Positions 25,853 through 40,104 are shown, numbered from the stretch's first letter. The stretch: DNA of 64,000 nucleotides from Tubiluchus corallicola (GCA_030141605.1 JAQGDQ010000200.1:1-64000), one strand, 5' to 3'. Notes: generated by a model from the letters alone, not told the origin. Translations and numbers: made by a program.

Positions 25853-28049
25853 GTCCTTCTCCGGGTCAGTAGCTTTATTTACCGCGTATGTTTTAAATTG
25901 TTTGAATAACCCGGCTAATAGCGACTATAAACTTGAGCAAGCAAACAATAGAGGGCGACGTTAAGGTGGGAGCTAGTGAAGAATTCTCAGAAACAGAAAG
26001 ATCCGCTCTTTCTCAGCATGACTAAGAACATAAAATGAAATGCCTTTACATGTTAGTAAAATTAATATTTGCACGCAAAATAATAATAACGTTGTTCTGT
26101 CAGGCTCCATAGGCGTACGAGCGGGGGGTCAGGGAGTCTGATGCCCTCCCGGGGCAAATGAATTGTACATTTTCAGGACAAATAATTCTGTTTTAAAATT
26201 TCAAAATGTAAGATTTCAAAATTCAAAAATTGGTTACATTACCTCTTTTCACTGGCTACAATTAAAGTGTTTCTTGTACGATGAGTTGTTTTTAACTTTT
26301 GGTAATTGTAAAATTATAATAACGCCTACTATCAATTTTAGTTTACCAAATCTCATTGAGTCCATTTCACATTTGTTAAATACGTGCTCATCATTATGCT
26401 GGCAAAGTTATAAACATCTTTGCAAAAGGAAACATAAACCGTCACTGTTATTTCCTTTGAATTTCTGAAACATAAGAAATGGTATTTCCTTTTCTCCCTT
26501 CGTTATTTTTTTGATTTTTGGCAATAATGAGTGAAAGGAGCTTAAAAACACACTAGGGAAAATGCCATAATGCTTAGCATACTAAAATATGTTTACGTTC
26601 ACTTGTGATTACTTATTTGTATAGCGAGGCGTATTTGTATATTTTTTTGTATATTTCCTTGTTCGCTGTGTATTTTACATTGAATAAAAATGCGTAAAAA
26701 TACAAGATAAACATATAGAGCTATAAGTTTGAATATTTTGTTTTTAAACACTTTTCTCAGTCTGTACCCTACATAATTATGTGATCGATTATTTACACTT
26801 ATACCCTACATAATTACGTGGTCAGTTGTTTACACTTATTTGGAAATCACTTAAAAGAAAATAATGATTGTGTAAACATGAGTTCAGAATAAAGAATGCT
26901 CTAAAATATTGAAAACTACAATAGCTTATTTTAAATCAAAGCTTAGATTAAATAATAATTACCCCAGATACTCAAATTTCGTTAAACTTTCAAAGCTACG
27001 CGCGACTCAGTGAATCTACTGCGGCGCCTTTTTGTCACATGCGCATGCCGACAAATAGAAGGCGGTACCGTGATAAGCATGATCATGAACTGCTGTGTTA
27101 GTTTCATGACGGCATATGATGTAGAGCCCGTTTTCGTGACATCATACGTTTAACCAGTACTGTAACACTTATGCAAATGTGCTTGATGCGCAAGGGAAGA
27201 TGCCTGCCATTGCACAAACTGTGGTTAGTTTCTGACGAGAGCAATAGCTGTGCTCGGCTGCCGTTAATTAACTTTCTAAGCTAATTCTTCAAATATAGGA
27301 AACAATTGTTAACTTTTATAGGCAAGAAAATGTATATTTTGGACAGTAAATTAGATAAAATGATGCCCCACCCTTGTGAAACTTCCTCCCGTTCTTCCGT
27401 TTAGTAAAATTAGACAAAAATTCTATCTTCACCTTTTAGCTATCTTTTATTTGCCAATTCTTTATTTTTCCGCATGTTTTAATATTCGTCCTTGGCACAT
27501 AATAGACTAGGATTTGTTGGAGGTGAAATTTTTTAGTAACAATCCTATTCTTCCACTCAATTACTGCAGTGAGATTAAGCGTATAGAGAACAGTATTTTT
27601 TACTGATCATGCGTACTTCCCCAGTGAAAAACTTCACGCGTCGATTTAGAAGCAAGAATTCGCGGGCTGTTATTAGTTCAAGTTATTAGCTGTTTTGTGT
27701 TCACACAATCGATGGATGAAATTTTGAAAATGATTAATGATGCTAATTAACTTACATACAGCGAAGTTTTCCTTTGCGGAACAAGAAAATTATGTTGAAC
27801 TAATGAAATTAAATGAAACAGTTTTTTTTTGCATTTGGATGATAGATTTGCTCCATAAAACGACGTATAATGTCACGCGACTGGTGACACATTTAGCTGA
27901 CACAACAATCTTTCTCCCTATCTAGAGAAAAGTCTTACTAAATGTTGCAACAGTTGATTTTTGAAAGTTTTTCCGTAGCCGCTGAGCTAAATGGCAACTT
28001 GACTGATGTTAAACGGATTGAATATTGGTGTTGTGGCGTTGTCACTGCC

Positions 28050-28360
28050 GCAGTCGTTGTTGTCGTCATTGTTGTTGATGGTGTTGTTATTGCTGTTGCT
28101 GCTGCTGCTGCTGTTGTTGTTGTTGTTGCTGCTGCTTCTGCTGTTGTTGTTGTTGCTGCTGCCGCTGTTGTTGTTGCTTTTGTTGTCGTTGTTGTTGTTG
28201 CTGCTGTTGTTGTCGTTGTTGTTGCTGCTGCTTCTGCTGCTGTTGTTGATGTTGTTGTTGCTGCTGCTGTTGTTGTTGTCGTCATTGTTGTTGATGGTGT
28301 TGTTATTGCTGTTGCTGCTGTTGTTGTCGTTGTTGTTGTTGCTGCTGCTGCTGCTGCCGT
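28050..28360. repeat. (GTT/GCT)n trinucleotide tract; a second (GTT/GTA)n tract lies at 28988-29500
   Basis: Direct inspection; this is the source of the poly-V/L/T/N ORFs. Confidence 0.95.
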
Positions 28361-30376
28361 TCTTCATATATGGTATGGAACTCGTAAAAAGATCTGTACT
28401 TGCCCAGCCATTCAGATCGTATTACCATTGTTTCGTTTACTTTAATGAATGTATATTCAAACTAAGGAAAACTTTACCTTAGTTCAAGAAATTTCCATTT
28501 GCTAGAAGATATTTTAATGAAATCTGTTCCCTCTCTGTTGAATCCCTTTATGACTACCTTATGAATGAAATGGAGCTTTTACCTAAACCCGCAAAGGAAG
28601 AATTACATTTCAATGTACACGGTTTATTGTAAGATAATTACCGCACCCCTCTGATTTAACACTAACCTTGCATTTCATAATCCCATATATGGTTATCTTC
28701 CAAGCCACGCCTCAGAGAAGACCATTTTATGTCCTCTGCCCCAGCTAAATGATCACTGCTGTACGTGGTGTATGTCTTTTATTACAAAGTAGTGCCTTCA
28801 CAATCCGTAATTTGAGCATAGTTTCACATGCTTCGTGGATTTTTGCTATAAAATGTACAATTATCACTGCTGTGTCAAGGGGACCATTATTAGCTCACGA
28901 ATGCGGCGGGAGGGGGTAGGTGGTACTCCGTATTGAAGCTTTTAAAATCTGCCCGGTAAGACGGCGATTTTCATAGAATTAGTACAATTGTTGTTGTTGT
29001 TGTGGTCGTCGTCGTCGTCGTCGTCGTAGTAGTAGTAGTTGCAGTAGTTATTGTTGTTTTTGTTGTTGTTGTCGTAGTAGTTGTAGTAGTTATTGTTATT
29101 CTTGTTATAGTTGCTGTTGTTGTTTTTGTCGTAGTAGTTGCAGTAGTTATTGTTGTTGTTGCTGGTGTTGTTGTTGTTGTTGTTGTCGTAGTAGTTGTAG
29201 TAGTTATTGTTGTTGTTGTTGTTGTTGTTGTCGTAGTAGTTGTAGTAGTAATTGTTGTTGTTGTAGTAAGTGTTGCTGTTGTTTTTGTTGTTGTCGTAGT
29301 AGTTGTAGTAGTTATTGTTGTTGTCGTAGTAGTTGCAGTAGTAATTGTTATTGTGGTTGTTGTTTTTGTTATTGCTGTTTTGTTGTTGCCGTAGTAGTTG
29401 TAGTAGTTATTGTTGTTGTTATAGTTGTTGTCGCTATCGCTGTCGTTGTTGATGATGTTGTTGTCATCGTTGTCGTTGGTGCTCTGCTGTTGTTGTTTTT
29501 GTTAAAATAAGCAAGTGCGTATTTTTATTTTATGGTTTCCATAAGTATCTTCTTTTGTATAACCTATTTTGCCCATGTTACTCATGAATTCAAAAATTCT
29601 GTTCCTAAACTTAATGCTTTTACTGAAAATGCAATTCGTCTACGATTTCTACGTCTGGCGAAAACCTACTGTAAAATACGCTTATAAGCTTCTTTCTTTC
29701 CGCGGAAGTAATTTAGGTATACAAAATTATACTAATGACTAATCAGTTTTCACTAATCTGCTTTAATTTTACTTTCAACAAATCGACTCAGAATTTCACT
29801 TCTCAGATCTGTTATTTCCTGCTACGTGAATTGTAAAACACCTGCGTTGTTTGTTGTTAATGAGAGGTTTTGATTTGACCCACTTCATGTCTATCTGACC
29901 CGGACGACAAGTACCCGCCTTTGTGCATTCATATTTGCCTGGCCAATTTCTTATGAAGTTTACGATTTATTTCATAAATCTTTTATAATCGAACTCAGCG
30001 AAAACTGGGCAAGAGTTCAACGATCTTTCAAAGGAGGTCGTGGAATTAACATAATGAATGATAAATGTTCACTCTTCACTGATAAATGTTCCTTTTTCCA
30101 TTATCTCCATAATAATAAATTAGTCGTCGTAATAATGTAGTAATAAAGTAGTAGTATCTTGGTAGTAAAAATAAACCAGTAATAATAAAGTAGATGATGA
30201 ACTGAATGTCCTATAAGACAAGAGAGGAATGTTTTGGTTTCTCTCTCATTTTTGTTCTAACTTTCAATATATATGTTTCCCTAATGAGAAGTCTTTCTAA
30301 TTTCGTCACAAGATGTAAAAGTTATAAAAATCAATGTTAGATCGGTCCAGAAAATATTTGAATTCAGGACCTGAAT

Positions 30377-30765
30377 GAGATAACTTAGAAAAAGTCTGAC
30401 TGATTAATTGCAACTATAGTAGAATAATAACCGAGATAACTCAGAGCAAGTCTGACTGATCAATTGCAATAATAGTAGAATAATAACCGAGATAACTCAG
30501 AATAAATTTGACTGATTAATTGCAATAATAGTAGAATAATAACCGAGATAACTCAGAGTAAGTCTGACTGATTAATTGCAATAATAGTACAATAATAACC
30601 GAGATAACTTAGAGCAAGTCTGATTGATTAATTGCAATAATAGTAGAATAATAACCGAGATAACTCAGAACAAGTCTGACTGATTAATTGCAATAATAGT
30701 AGAATAATAACCGAGATAACTCAGAACAAGTCTGACTGATTAATTGCAATAATAGTAGAATAATA
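30377..30765 (+). repeat. 56-bp minisatellite, about 7 copies
   Basis: Unit GAGATAACTCAGAACAAGTCTGACTGATTAATTGCAATAATAGTAGAATAATAACC. Confidence 0.95.
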
Positions 30766-31950
30766 TGTCTATGATATCAAGACATTTATACATGTAAATT
30801 GCTTTGTTGTATGTGTCTATGTGTTTGAACCATTATACCATATACACGTAGTTTCTGTGCATTGTTGTAGTCTGTTCCTTTTTTTTTATCTCTAATGCAG
30901 TTTTATTCTTTTGTTTTCTGTTCTAAGGTTCAATAAACGATATCATAAGAAATTCTTCAAATAATTTGTGGCAGGTTAAGAGGTGGAAGGGGCACGTATT
31001 GGTTGCAAGTTGTAAAACGTGTGAAATTAAAACGCCATCGATGAAGATTTAATTTCTCAAATTTTAATTTTTTTCAGCCCGTACAGAGCTTGTCCTATAC
31101 TCCACATGACCCAGACAGATATGGGGCACCACCTCCTTACACAGTAAGTACATCGGATTATAATTGCTCTAACTAGATTAAGATATGGTTTAACAAGTTT
31201 CAGTTGTATAAGTGTGTAATTAGTAGTATGGATCCTTTTGTATCTGGCTGCAATTTTGTTTGTTTTTAAAGAGGACGAAAATGGAATCAATGAAACTTTA
31301 CACTGTGTTATCTAAGCATGTTTTAAGCAATTTTTTTGTTAAAATGGCTGCGCCTAACGGTCATGGCGGAGTATAAACTCTCAAGCTTTATACAGCATTA
31401 GGTCTACTGCTAACGCAAGCTCTGTATGCAATAACATGGCATAAAAGCGGTACGGAATTTCAAAACGAAATTTTTATCTTTATTTATGAAGATTTTTTGT
31501 GCTTTTTGAATTTCGTGCGACTTTTGGGCCATTTGAATTTGAAGCAGCCTAGTAACAAAAATTTGTTCAAATCCTGCAACAAACTGCAGGCTCAGTCAGC
31601 TTTTGAGACAGTGGCAAGACGGGCATCTTGCATTGACAAAGTCTAAAATAGTTTGAGTTATGAGAAAGGGCTGCACTTTGTTGAAAAAAAACATTTTTAA
31701 TAGTGACAGACTAATGTGGTTCATATGGTGCTTTGAACCTCAGTTTATGATGAAGTAGTAAGGACCTCCGCCCACGTGATTTTATACCGTCTTTCTAACA
31801 TTACCGTCATTCCTTCGTAACGGGTTCCAGTTGTCAAAAGTCGCGTTTGATTCGTGTGAGAGCTTGCATTTTTTGGAGAAAACTAGAAAAAGAAAATTAG
31901 TAATCAATATGTGTAATGACTTTTGAAACACCCCGTATTTTCTTATTTAG

Positions 31951-32113
31951 AATGGACGAATGGTCGACAGTGACAAGGATGGAGTAGATGATGAAGAAGA
32001 ACACAGAGGCATCTGGGGCTCAAAGTGGGAGTTTTTGCTTTCTTGTATTGGATTATCAGTGGGGATTGGGAACGTTTGGAGGTTTCCATACCTATGTTAT
32101 GACAATGGAGGAG
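31951..32113 (+). CDS. SLC6 (neurotransmitter:sodium symporter family) amino-acid transporter, NAT/GlyT-like; exon with TM1 (gene 31951-47184)
   Basis: Acceptor tcttatttag; [39 protein letters not shown] signature; donor G|gtaggt. Gly, not Asp, at the monoamine-transporter TM1 position points to an amino-acid substrate. Confidence 0.95.
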
Positions 32114-32793
32114 GTAGGTTCTTTCCAGAGGCCTTGTTTTGGTAATTCTGTTGGTGAAACGAATTTTTTGCAGTGACAAACTATAACGAAATACGCTATT
32201 GTTGTAGTAGATCATATCAATGACGGTGAAATTTGTCTCCTTAAGAATTTGTCCTCAGGTTGCGTATTTATAACTGACTCCAATGAATCCAGTATTTTAG
32301 AACTCTCTCGTTTAATGTAATTTATTTCCTTATTTGAAGCTTCTGTCTATAGAACAATCACAACAAATCAATATACAGTACACGATTACAAACGAACTAC
32401 CTTTGCTAACACTATAGTATTGTGGATTATGTAATGAATTCGTATGAAATCCACTCTGTAAATCCACATAAAAACCTGGAGGACTTGTTATTGAATGCCA
32501 CGGACGCCAGTGTGGCCGCCATATTGGATATCTATTCGAATAGAGTGGTCTAGGACGCGGTATTTGAACTAGGGAACTCCAGAATGTTCTAAAAAGTACT
32601 GTACCACCATTTTGGTCGCCATCTTGGATTGGATGAGCTGAATTGACATCATTCTAAAGCTGTCCCGAAGCCATGCTAATTGTAATAATGTAAATAATGT
32701 ATAAACAAACACACATACAAAAATTTATATATTGTTAGGGCCGTAGATAGTAAATCAATACAGTTTGTATCTTACAGTTTTTTGCGTTTATAG

Positions 32794-32925
32794 CTGCATT
32801 CCTCATACCATACATTATTGTTCTCATCTTGGTCGGAAAGCCTATGTATTACATGGAATTGGCTTTTGGTCAGTATGGAGGAGAGGCGCCATTGACCATT
32901 TGGTCTTGCGTGCCTATCGCTAAAG
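32794..32925 (+). CDS. SLC6 exon (TM2)
   Basis: ag|CT GCA TTC...: AFLIPYIIVLILVGKPMYYMELAFGQYGGEAPLTIWSCVPIAK; donor G|gtaagt; phases 1/1 match neighbouring exons. Confidence 0.94.
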
Positions 32926-34199
32926 GTAAGTTTAGCTTTATTCTGCGCAAACGGTCATGTCAATGAAACGATTTAGCTTTATTTCGAAACGTGCTTAGCA
33001 TGAGTGTTTGTAAAATCAGGATTTAATTACCTTGGGCTAGGCGTGCTAGGTATGAAAAGTATTGTTAAAGTACGAGTACACAGTTTTAGTAAAGGATTGC
33101 TACAGTAAGTGCAAAAAACAGCAGTATCTTTGCGGAACTGTTTTAATTTAATGGCCAACCTGCCATGATTTCTCTCTTTCCGCACTGGTTTTGGTGGTCA
33201 AGTGGTCTAAATTCCGGACTACAACGACGTAGTGGCCAGGCATATACCTTACATGTTATTCGTTATTTTTGTGCTGCGTTCTTATATCTAAAATTGGATG
33301 TACATACATGAAAATGCCTGTACATGTTTGGAGGATGCGCAAACAGTTGAACATTTGCTTTTTAATTATACTCTGCTAGATGGAAATATAAGATTTACGC
33401 TCGCAAATATCCTACAACCTCAGAACATTAGTAAAATTTATACCACTCGTGACAAAAACCTGCTAGTTGTTTTTACTGAGTTAGTCTGTAATCAATTTTT
33501 GCAAACCTTAGTTAGCATAAATTATTAAACTTTTCGAAACAGAACAAATTTAGATGCATATAAATTTTCTATTTCAAGTCACTTTTAGATTTATACAGGT
33601 CGTTATATGTACAGTACTCAGGCGGTCTATATAATAGTCTAGTACTTCTTTTAACAAATTAATACATAACACAGTACCCACATTCTCCACATAACCAAAC
33701 TGGTTGGGCGTGACAGGTAAAAAATTAGCATAACGAGTCACTACAAGAACTACTAAAACTTTACTAGAGAAATACGTATGTTGAGATTGATTGATTACAT
33801 AATGACGTATTAAATCTATCTCTATTTTGCACAATGTAAAGCTGGTGACTTCGAATTTAACGTAAGTAGATCTTACTGCACGTTTCTTTTCATTTCGAAA
33901 GCTAAAATCACAGTTTAGTATAATTTTTGATCTGAATTACACATATATGGAGTACCATAATCCTTTCAGGGCTTATAAGACCTCTCATAGACCTTGCATT
34001 TTGTCTTTTGTTCAATTGACGTTGTTCAAGTCACGCCAGAATTAGGCTTTCGCTTTTATTAAAAAACGTCAAGTAATAATCGAGGTTTTTACAATAGCTA
34101 CCTCTCTAGTTAAAAAAGTTCTTGCTGTTACATTTTTAATTGATCATCCCTGTTTTCCAATTTCTTACTGTATAATATAATTCAATATAATTTATTTAT

Positions 34200-34740
34200 C
34201 TGTTAAAACTCTTAAAGTGAAAGAAATATATGACATGTATTGTTTTCATTTCATGTATCACTATTATAATTCACTACTTCCACCAGCTTTTCAGTCATAC
34301 TTTAGTCCAGTTTCAAATCAACATGATCATTACACAAGATATTCAGTGGAAAACTATGTACTCCCCCTTCCAAAAATAAATATAATGAAACAGTCATCAA
34401 AATATAATGCTATTAAAATATGGTCATCAATTCCGCGTGAAAATAAAACTCTTAACCTTTATCAATTTAAAAAAGCGTCAAAGAATTACCTACTGCAACG
34501 GTATAATTAACTCACAATTTTACTCACCCTGATCTTAAGTTACTAACAAAACTTATTTTGTTCTAATGTTTGCTATAACTGATGAAAATGTAATGTTAAT
34601 TGTCAATTGTTTCACTTATCTGGATTAGGACTCGAAAGCTAAATGCTCCTTCCTCCTCCTCACAGTAACTCGCTTACTTTATTTTTTTTCAATGTAATAT
34701 CAATTTATATGTATGTTTGAGTTGCTGTGGAATAAACTCA
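34200..34740 (+). mobile_element. LINE (CR1/L2-group) 3' fragment
   Basis: ORF 34217-34510 (HDHYTR...KIWSSIP...QFKKASKNYLL) is the typical ORF2 C-terminus; followed by AATAAA and a short ATTCATA repeat tail. Confidence 0.8.
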
Positions 34741-34777
34741 TAATTCATAATTCATACTGTCATACTTGTTCGTATAG

Positions 34778-35033
34778 GAGTTGGAGTTGCCATGGTGATT
34801 GTTTCCCTCATCGTCGCCATCTACTACAATGTAGTCATGTCGTATACCCTGTACTACATGTGGGCTTCTATGCAGCGTGTTTTACCTTGGACAACATGTG
34901 ACAATGAGTGGAATACAGTTGCTTGTTACGTTCGAGGTGACGAGATTAACAAAAATTACACGGACTGGTGGAACGAATCAGATTATTACAATGGCAATTT
35001 TAAACTCAAAACAGCACCAGAGGAATACTGGGA
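34778..35033 (+). CDS. SLC6 exon (TM3 and EL2)
   Basis: GVGVAMVIVSLIVAIYYNVVMSYTLYY...LPWTTCDNEWNTVAC...PEEYW; EL2 disulfide pair and N-glycosylation sequons; donor GA|gtaagt. Confidence 0.95.
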
Positions 35034-35107
35034 GTAAGTCAAACTATTTTATTGTTTTTAAGTCCGCTTCTAAATTTTATAAATTTAAATTTTAAATATG
35101 TTAAATC

Positions 35108-36169
35108 TTAAAGGACAAGAAAAGGATATATGAAGTCGGTTTCAGAAAAATCGCCTTAAAAAATTATATTACTTTATAGCAATTTAATGCGCATATCGTA
35201 TTCTCATGAAAGGAATTTTTGTTTCTTTTCATTTTAATTTGTCCGCAATACCGTTCCGCGTCATTCCGTCCGCGTTATTACATGACGTAATATACGCACA
35301 AAATAAATCGGGGAACAATGTCCCAAAAAAATTTCCATCCAGATTTTATATTATTTAACATTTAGCTTACCTGCTGAAAAGACTTATGTAACTAGAAATA
35401 ATAATTTAACATGTTCGTGCCAATTGATAAAATGTCGCTGACTCGCCCTCTAGGGTGCGCCACTCACGAACCAAAAAATGTATTTTCAGTCTTATTGACA
35501 AGATACAGTAATGTAAAATTTTACTTAGTTAAAACAAAAGAAAACCCTCCACTTACATAAAACTTAAAAAATTCGTCTTGAAATTTTGTCACGTATTGCA
35601 TTTTTGCGTGCAGAGCTTATGTCGGCAGTAACGCTGTATAAAACTTGTGAACTTAAACTCCCGCGATGACCATTAGACGAAGTCATTTTGACGATAGGTC
35701 GTTTGAAACAAGTTTTGATAACATTAAGTAAAGTTTGAAAAAACAATCAGAGCATTCGTAGCGCACACGTCACTAACTAAGTAAAATTTTAAATTACTGC
35801 ACCTTGTCAATAAGATTAAAAATACGTTTTTGGTTAGTGAGTGGCGCACCCTGGAGGTGAGTCAACGACAGTTTACCAAATGGTGAAAACCTTTTATATA
35901 ATTAATAATTTTCTTTTTTAGTTGCATAAGTCTCGCAAGCAGGTAACCGAAATGCTGAGTAATATAACCTTGCATAGAACGTGTTTTGGGACATAATTTA
36001 ACATTTCCCTTTCTTCCTCTGATTTACGTTGTGCGTATATGACGTCATGTAATGACGCGGTGGGAACAGTATTGTGAGAGATATACGCATAAAATTGCTA
36101 TAAAGTAATATAATTTTTGAGGCGATTTTTCTGAAACCCACTTCAACTACCCCGTTTCTTGTCCTTTAA
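35108..36169. mobile_element. TTAA-flanked long-TIR (foldback) element family C, about 1.06 kb
   Basis: TTAA-AGGACAAGAAA...TTTCTTGTCCT-TTAA with imperfect inverted arms of about 400 bp; relatives at 12290-12457, 23240-23640, 37974-38359 and 51446-52175. Confidence 0.85.
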
Positions 36170-36297
36170 ATTTTTATATATTAGGGCTTAGTTTAAAAAT
36201 GTCAGGATATATAATTTTGGTTTTTCACTAAAAGAAATCACTGTATCAAGACAAGCTGTCATCAGCCATTAGTATTCTCATCAGCTTTGGAGGAGTA

Positions 36298-36692
36298 ACG
36301 GCGCATTCAGACTAGCAAGTTTTCTCGCCAAGTAAACTCAGCAAGTAACTCACAAGCATGTTCACACTAGAGAGCAAAACTTGCTGCAAGTTACTCTCCG
36401 ACAGTAAGCACGAAATGACACTTACTTCTCTATTTACTGTGAGAAGTGTCGAGAATAACTCGCGGAGACGTTCACACTAAAGAGCAAATCTTGCTGCAAG
36501 TTACTCTCCGACAGTAAGCAAGAGACGACACTCACTTCTCTATTTACTGTGAGAAGTGTCGAGAGTAACTCGCAGCAACTGTCTGAGAGTTTACAATAAT
36601 TTGCCGACAGTAACTCACAGAGCAGTTCACACTTACAAGTTTGCTTGTCAGAGAGAAAATTCGTTAAGAAAACTCGCTAGTCTAAACGCCGC
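36298..36692. mobile_element. PIF/Harbinger-like MITE (second copy)
   Basis: Terminal inverted repeats of about 25 bp; internal repeats shared with 595-1022. Confidence 0.7.
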
Positions 36693-37140
36693 TGTTTTGA
36701 TTATAAAAATGTCAGTAGTGAAATGTAATTCTAAATCCACTTATATATATATATAAAGTGAGAAACATTTAGTGCTTTAGTGAGAAACATAAGAATTGTT
36801 AATTCGAAAATCTTTTATATAGTCTTTGAAACGTGTTTCCATTGCTTTCCTAAACTTAATTTTAAACCCTATTTCAAACATTTCATATATGTAACATCTA
36901 AGCTATTGGGACACCATGTGGTGGATCCAGTTAACTCCGAAACCACTGAAGCATGGTAACTGCTGTTGACCACTTGCTTTAGTGAGAAACATAAGAATTG
37001 TTAATTCGAAAATCTTTTATATAGTTTATAGTCTTCGAAACGTGTTTCTATTGCTTTCCTAGACTTAATTTTAAATTCTTCTGTTTCAAACTTCCCAAAA
37101 CCTACATTGTTGACATCATTACATATTGTGACTTTGTTAG

Positions 37141-37303
37141 GAACAAAGTACTGGGGTTACATGTGGTAACCAATGGTACAGTAGATCACGTTTACAACAT
37201 AGCTGATTTGGGAGGTATCAAATGGGACGTGGTTCTCAATCTCTTGCTGTCTTGGATCATTGTATTTGCCTGTCTCATGAAGGGCATCAAATCATCTGGG
37301 AAG
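37141..37303 (+). CDS. SLC6 exon (TM4)
   Basis: Acceptor ctttgttag; NKVLGLH...DLGGIKWDVVLNLLLSWIIVFACLMKGIKSSGK; donor AAG|gtaaaa. Confidence 0.94.
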
Positions 37304-37797
37304 GTAAAATTGATGTTGCTTTTGCTTTGTAAACATTAAAGTTTATTATTAGCTGACAAGTCATTCAACAGCAGCCTTTAAAAACGATAAACTAATCACT
37401 TTATATTTGCGGCAATTTAAAATGCAATATTTTTTATTTTACAATTTACAAACTAATAAACTAAAACAAGAAACAGTCAGCCAGCTCAGTAAAAATTAAT
37501 TCTGTTATAGTCTTTAATCACGTAAAATTACACATATGTAAATAGAAATGTGAAGATATCATTTCTTTATACGTCAACTTCAACTTAAAAGTCTTTTTAA
37601 TTGTGTGTAAAAAATTCTGATTTGTAAACTTGTATTTTTTTGTTAACTATCATTGCTTTATCAATTTTTTTCTATATTTTGTATAATTTACTAACATTTT
37701 AACACTATTTTAAAACATCAGTCTAGAAACTGAACACACACAATTATTTATGTATTCGGATTTTATACACACACACACACACACACACGCACGCACG

Positions 37798-37843
<46 letters not shown>

Positions 37844-38475
37844 ACATTAATATTAATTTACTGAATATTTTGTTGTTATCTAATTAATGTTTCAGTAAAA
37901 AAAAGTAAATTGCATCTTATTCTCTACTCTTGTGAACCATTACATAATTTAGACAGCGTATTAATGATTTGTTTTAAAGCACAAGAAAATCCTCCTTTTA
38001 CATACTCCGTTTTCGTATGCATGGCTTACAAAACATATAAATTTAAACTCCCGGATGACCGCTAGGCGTAGCCATTTTAATGGTAGGTCGTTTGAAACAA
38101 GTTTTGATAATATTAAGTAAAGTTTGAAAAAATAATCAGAGCATTCGTGCATACTTTTTCTTCCCTTGATTTACGTGGCCTAGTGACGTCATGTAATGGC
38201 GCCCGTCGCAACAGTATTGCGGGAGATTTAAAATGAAAACAAACGAAAATTCCTTTCAACGCGAGTACGATATGTGCATGAAACTGCTGTAAAGTAGTAT
38301 AATTTTTTAAGGCGATTTTTCTGAAGCCTACTACAGGTGCCCCTTTTCTTGTCCTTTGACACACACGCTTGCAAAAAGTTCATAGATTCAAAATGCACAC
38401 TTCATAGACATCAGTCACATACAGCAATTTGTTTTTGATAATTTGATAACTTTACTCACCTTTTACTTGTTCTAG

Positions 38476-38610
38476 GTTGTGTATTTCACTGCAACGTTTC
38501 CTTATGTTGTATTAATCATTTTGCTCATTCGTGGTGTGACGCTAGAAGGAGCTAAAGATGGAATCAGACATTTATTTGTACCAACGTGGTCTAAACTCTT
38601 AGACGTAAAC
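38476..38610 (+). CDS. SLC6 exon (TM5)
   Basis: [45 protein letters not shown]; ag and gtgagt boundaries, phase 0/0. Confidence 0.95.
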
Positions 38611-38929
38611 GTGAGTATTTAAACAGTTAGGAATGAAAAGCTTCTGATCACTGAGCCTCTTAGGTGGTTTGGGGTTGTGGCAGCCTTACAGTGCTCAAGT
38701 AAGCCTAATACACCCGTGTTAGAACCATTACATTACCCCAGATGCTTGAGTCTGTCAGGTAGCACCCTACTAGACCAAACCCAGATAGATCAAATTCTCC
38801 TAGACTAATACCTTAGGCAAACCAGCCTCCAGACATAAATAATCATAAACTAGACTTCTAATGCAGATCAACACTCAGGAAGACAAGATCCTGCGACTAG
38901 ACATGGATCAGACTCGTCTTATAGGCTGT

Positions 38930-39325
38930 ACCTCTCATAGATCAGACCTTTCACAGACCAGTATCCAGACAGATGAGCTACAGACCTCTGATAGATCAGA
39001 CCTTACACAGACCAGTATCCAGACAGATGAGCTACAGACCTCTGATAGATCAGACCTTACACAGACCAGTATCCAGGCAGATGAGCTACAGACCTCTCAT
39101 AGATCAGACTTTTCACAGACCAGTATCCAGACAAATGAGCTACAGACCTCTCATAGATCAGACCTTACACAGACCAGTATCCAGGCAGATGAGCTACAGA
39201 CCTCTCATAGATCAGACTTTTCACAGACCAGTATCCAGACAAATGAGCTACAGACCTCTCATAGATCAGACCTTACACAGACCACTATCTAGACAGATGA
39301 GCTACAGACCTCTCATAGATCAGAC
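38930..39325 (+). repeat. 54-bp minisatellite, about 7 copies, in a CAGAC-rich region
   Basis: Unit CCTCTCATAGATCAGACCTTACACAGACCAGTATCCAGACAGATGAGCTACAGA. Confidence 0.95.
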
Positions 39326-39734
39326 GTCAGACAAACCAGACCCCGAGACATGAACTGCCATAAACCAGACTTCCGGTATGGATCCGACATCAGGAAGACC
39401 ACACCCCCAGCAGACTAGTCATTGACCAAACATCTGACAGACCAGATCCCAGACAGAACAGTAACAGTGCTTGCCAGACCAGCCAAAACCAGACCTGCAT
39501 CTAGAACATAAAGAAACTGACGTAGTCCAATGATTAGAGCATACACACTGGCCATGACCTAATTGCAACCGCGCATTAGTTTGTAGCACAATGAGCCTTA
39601 ACAGCTGCCGTTAATTTTTTAGTTTTATATTAAAAACATTTTATTAAGACAAAGGTTGTACCGTAAGCGTTACCGAAAACTTTTTTGATTGAGCGTAAAG
39701 TTTAAGATTTTAATTAATTAATTAATTAATTTAG

Positions 39735-39966
39735 GTGTGGAGAAATGCTCTGGGTCAGATGTTCTTTTCATTGTCTGTTGGTTGGGGTTGTCTCATCATG
39801 TTTGCCAGTTACAACAAGTTTCGACACAACTGCTACAAAGATGCCATCATTGTCAGTAGTCTGGATACAATCACTAGCATCATCGCTGGATTTGTCGTCT
39901 TTTCTGTTATTGGGGCGCTTAAACACGATCTAGGAATAGAAAGGATAGAAGACGTGGTAAAAGGAG
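39735..39966 (+). CDS. SLC6 exon (TM6-TM7)
   Basis: VWRNALGQMFFSLSVGWGCLIMFASYNKF...LDTITSIIAGFVVFSVIG...VVKG; donor G|gtatct. Confidence 0.94.
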
Positions 39967-40104
39967 GTATCTAATTGTCTTATGTATACTTCTTTAGGTA
40001 CGAATAAAATGTAATGCGTTGTTTATTTATTATTCCTGACGGTTCAATTCAAGGTTTAGTATGGAAACAAAAGGTCTAGTGCACATTGTATGAATTATGT
40101 ATAC

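Noticed and set aside
27938-29394. Poly-Val/Leu/Thr/Asn ORFs
   Set aside because: They are translations of trinucleotide microsatellites, open in several frames and on both strands.
31344-31376. ATGGCTGCGCCTAACGGT... as the SLC6 start exon
   Set aside because: Stops after 10 codons and has only a poor donor (gtataa); 17477-17497 is the better candidate.
38861-39353. Repeat ORFs (SHRSDLTQTSIQTDELQT)n
   Set aside because: 54-bp intronic minisatellite; the SLC6 frame is complete without it.
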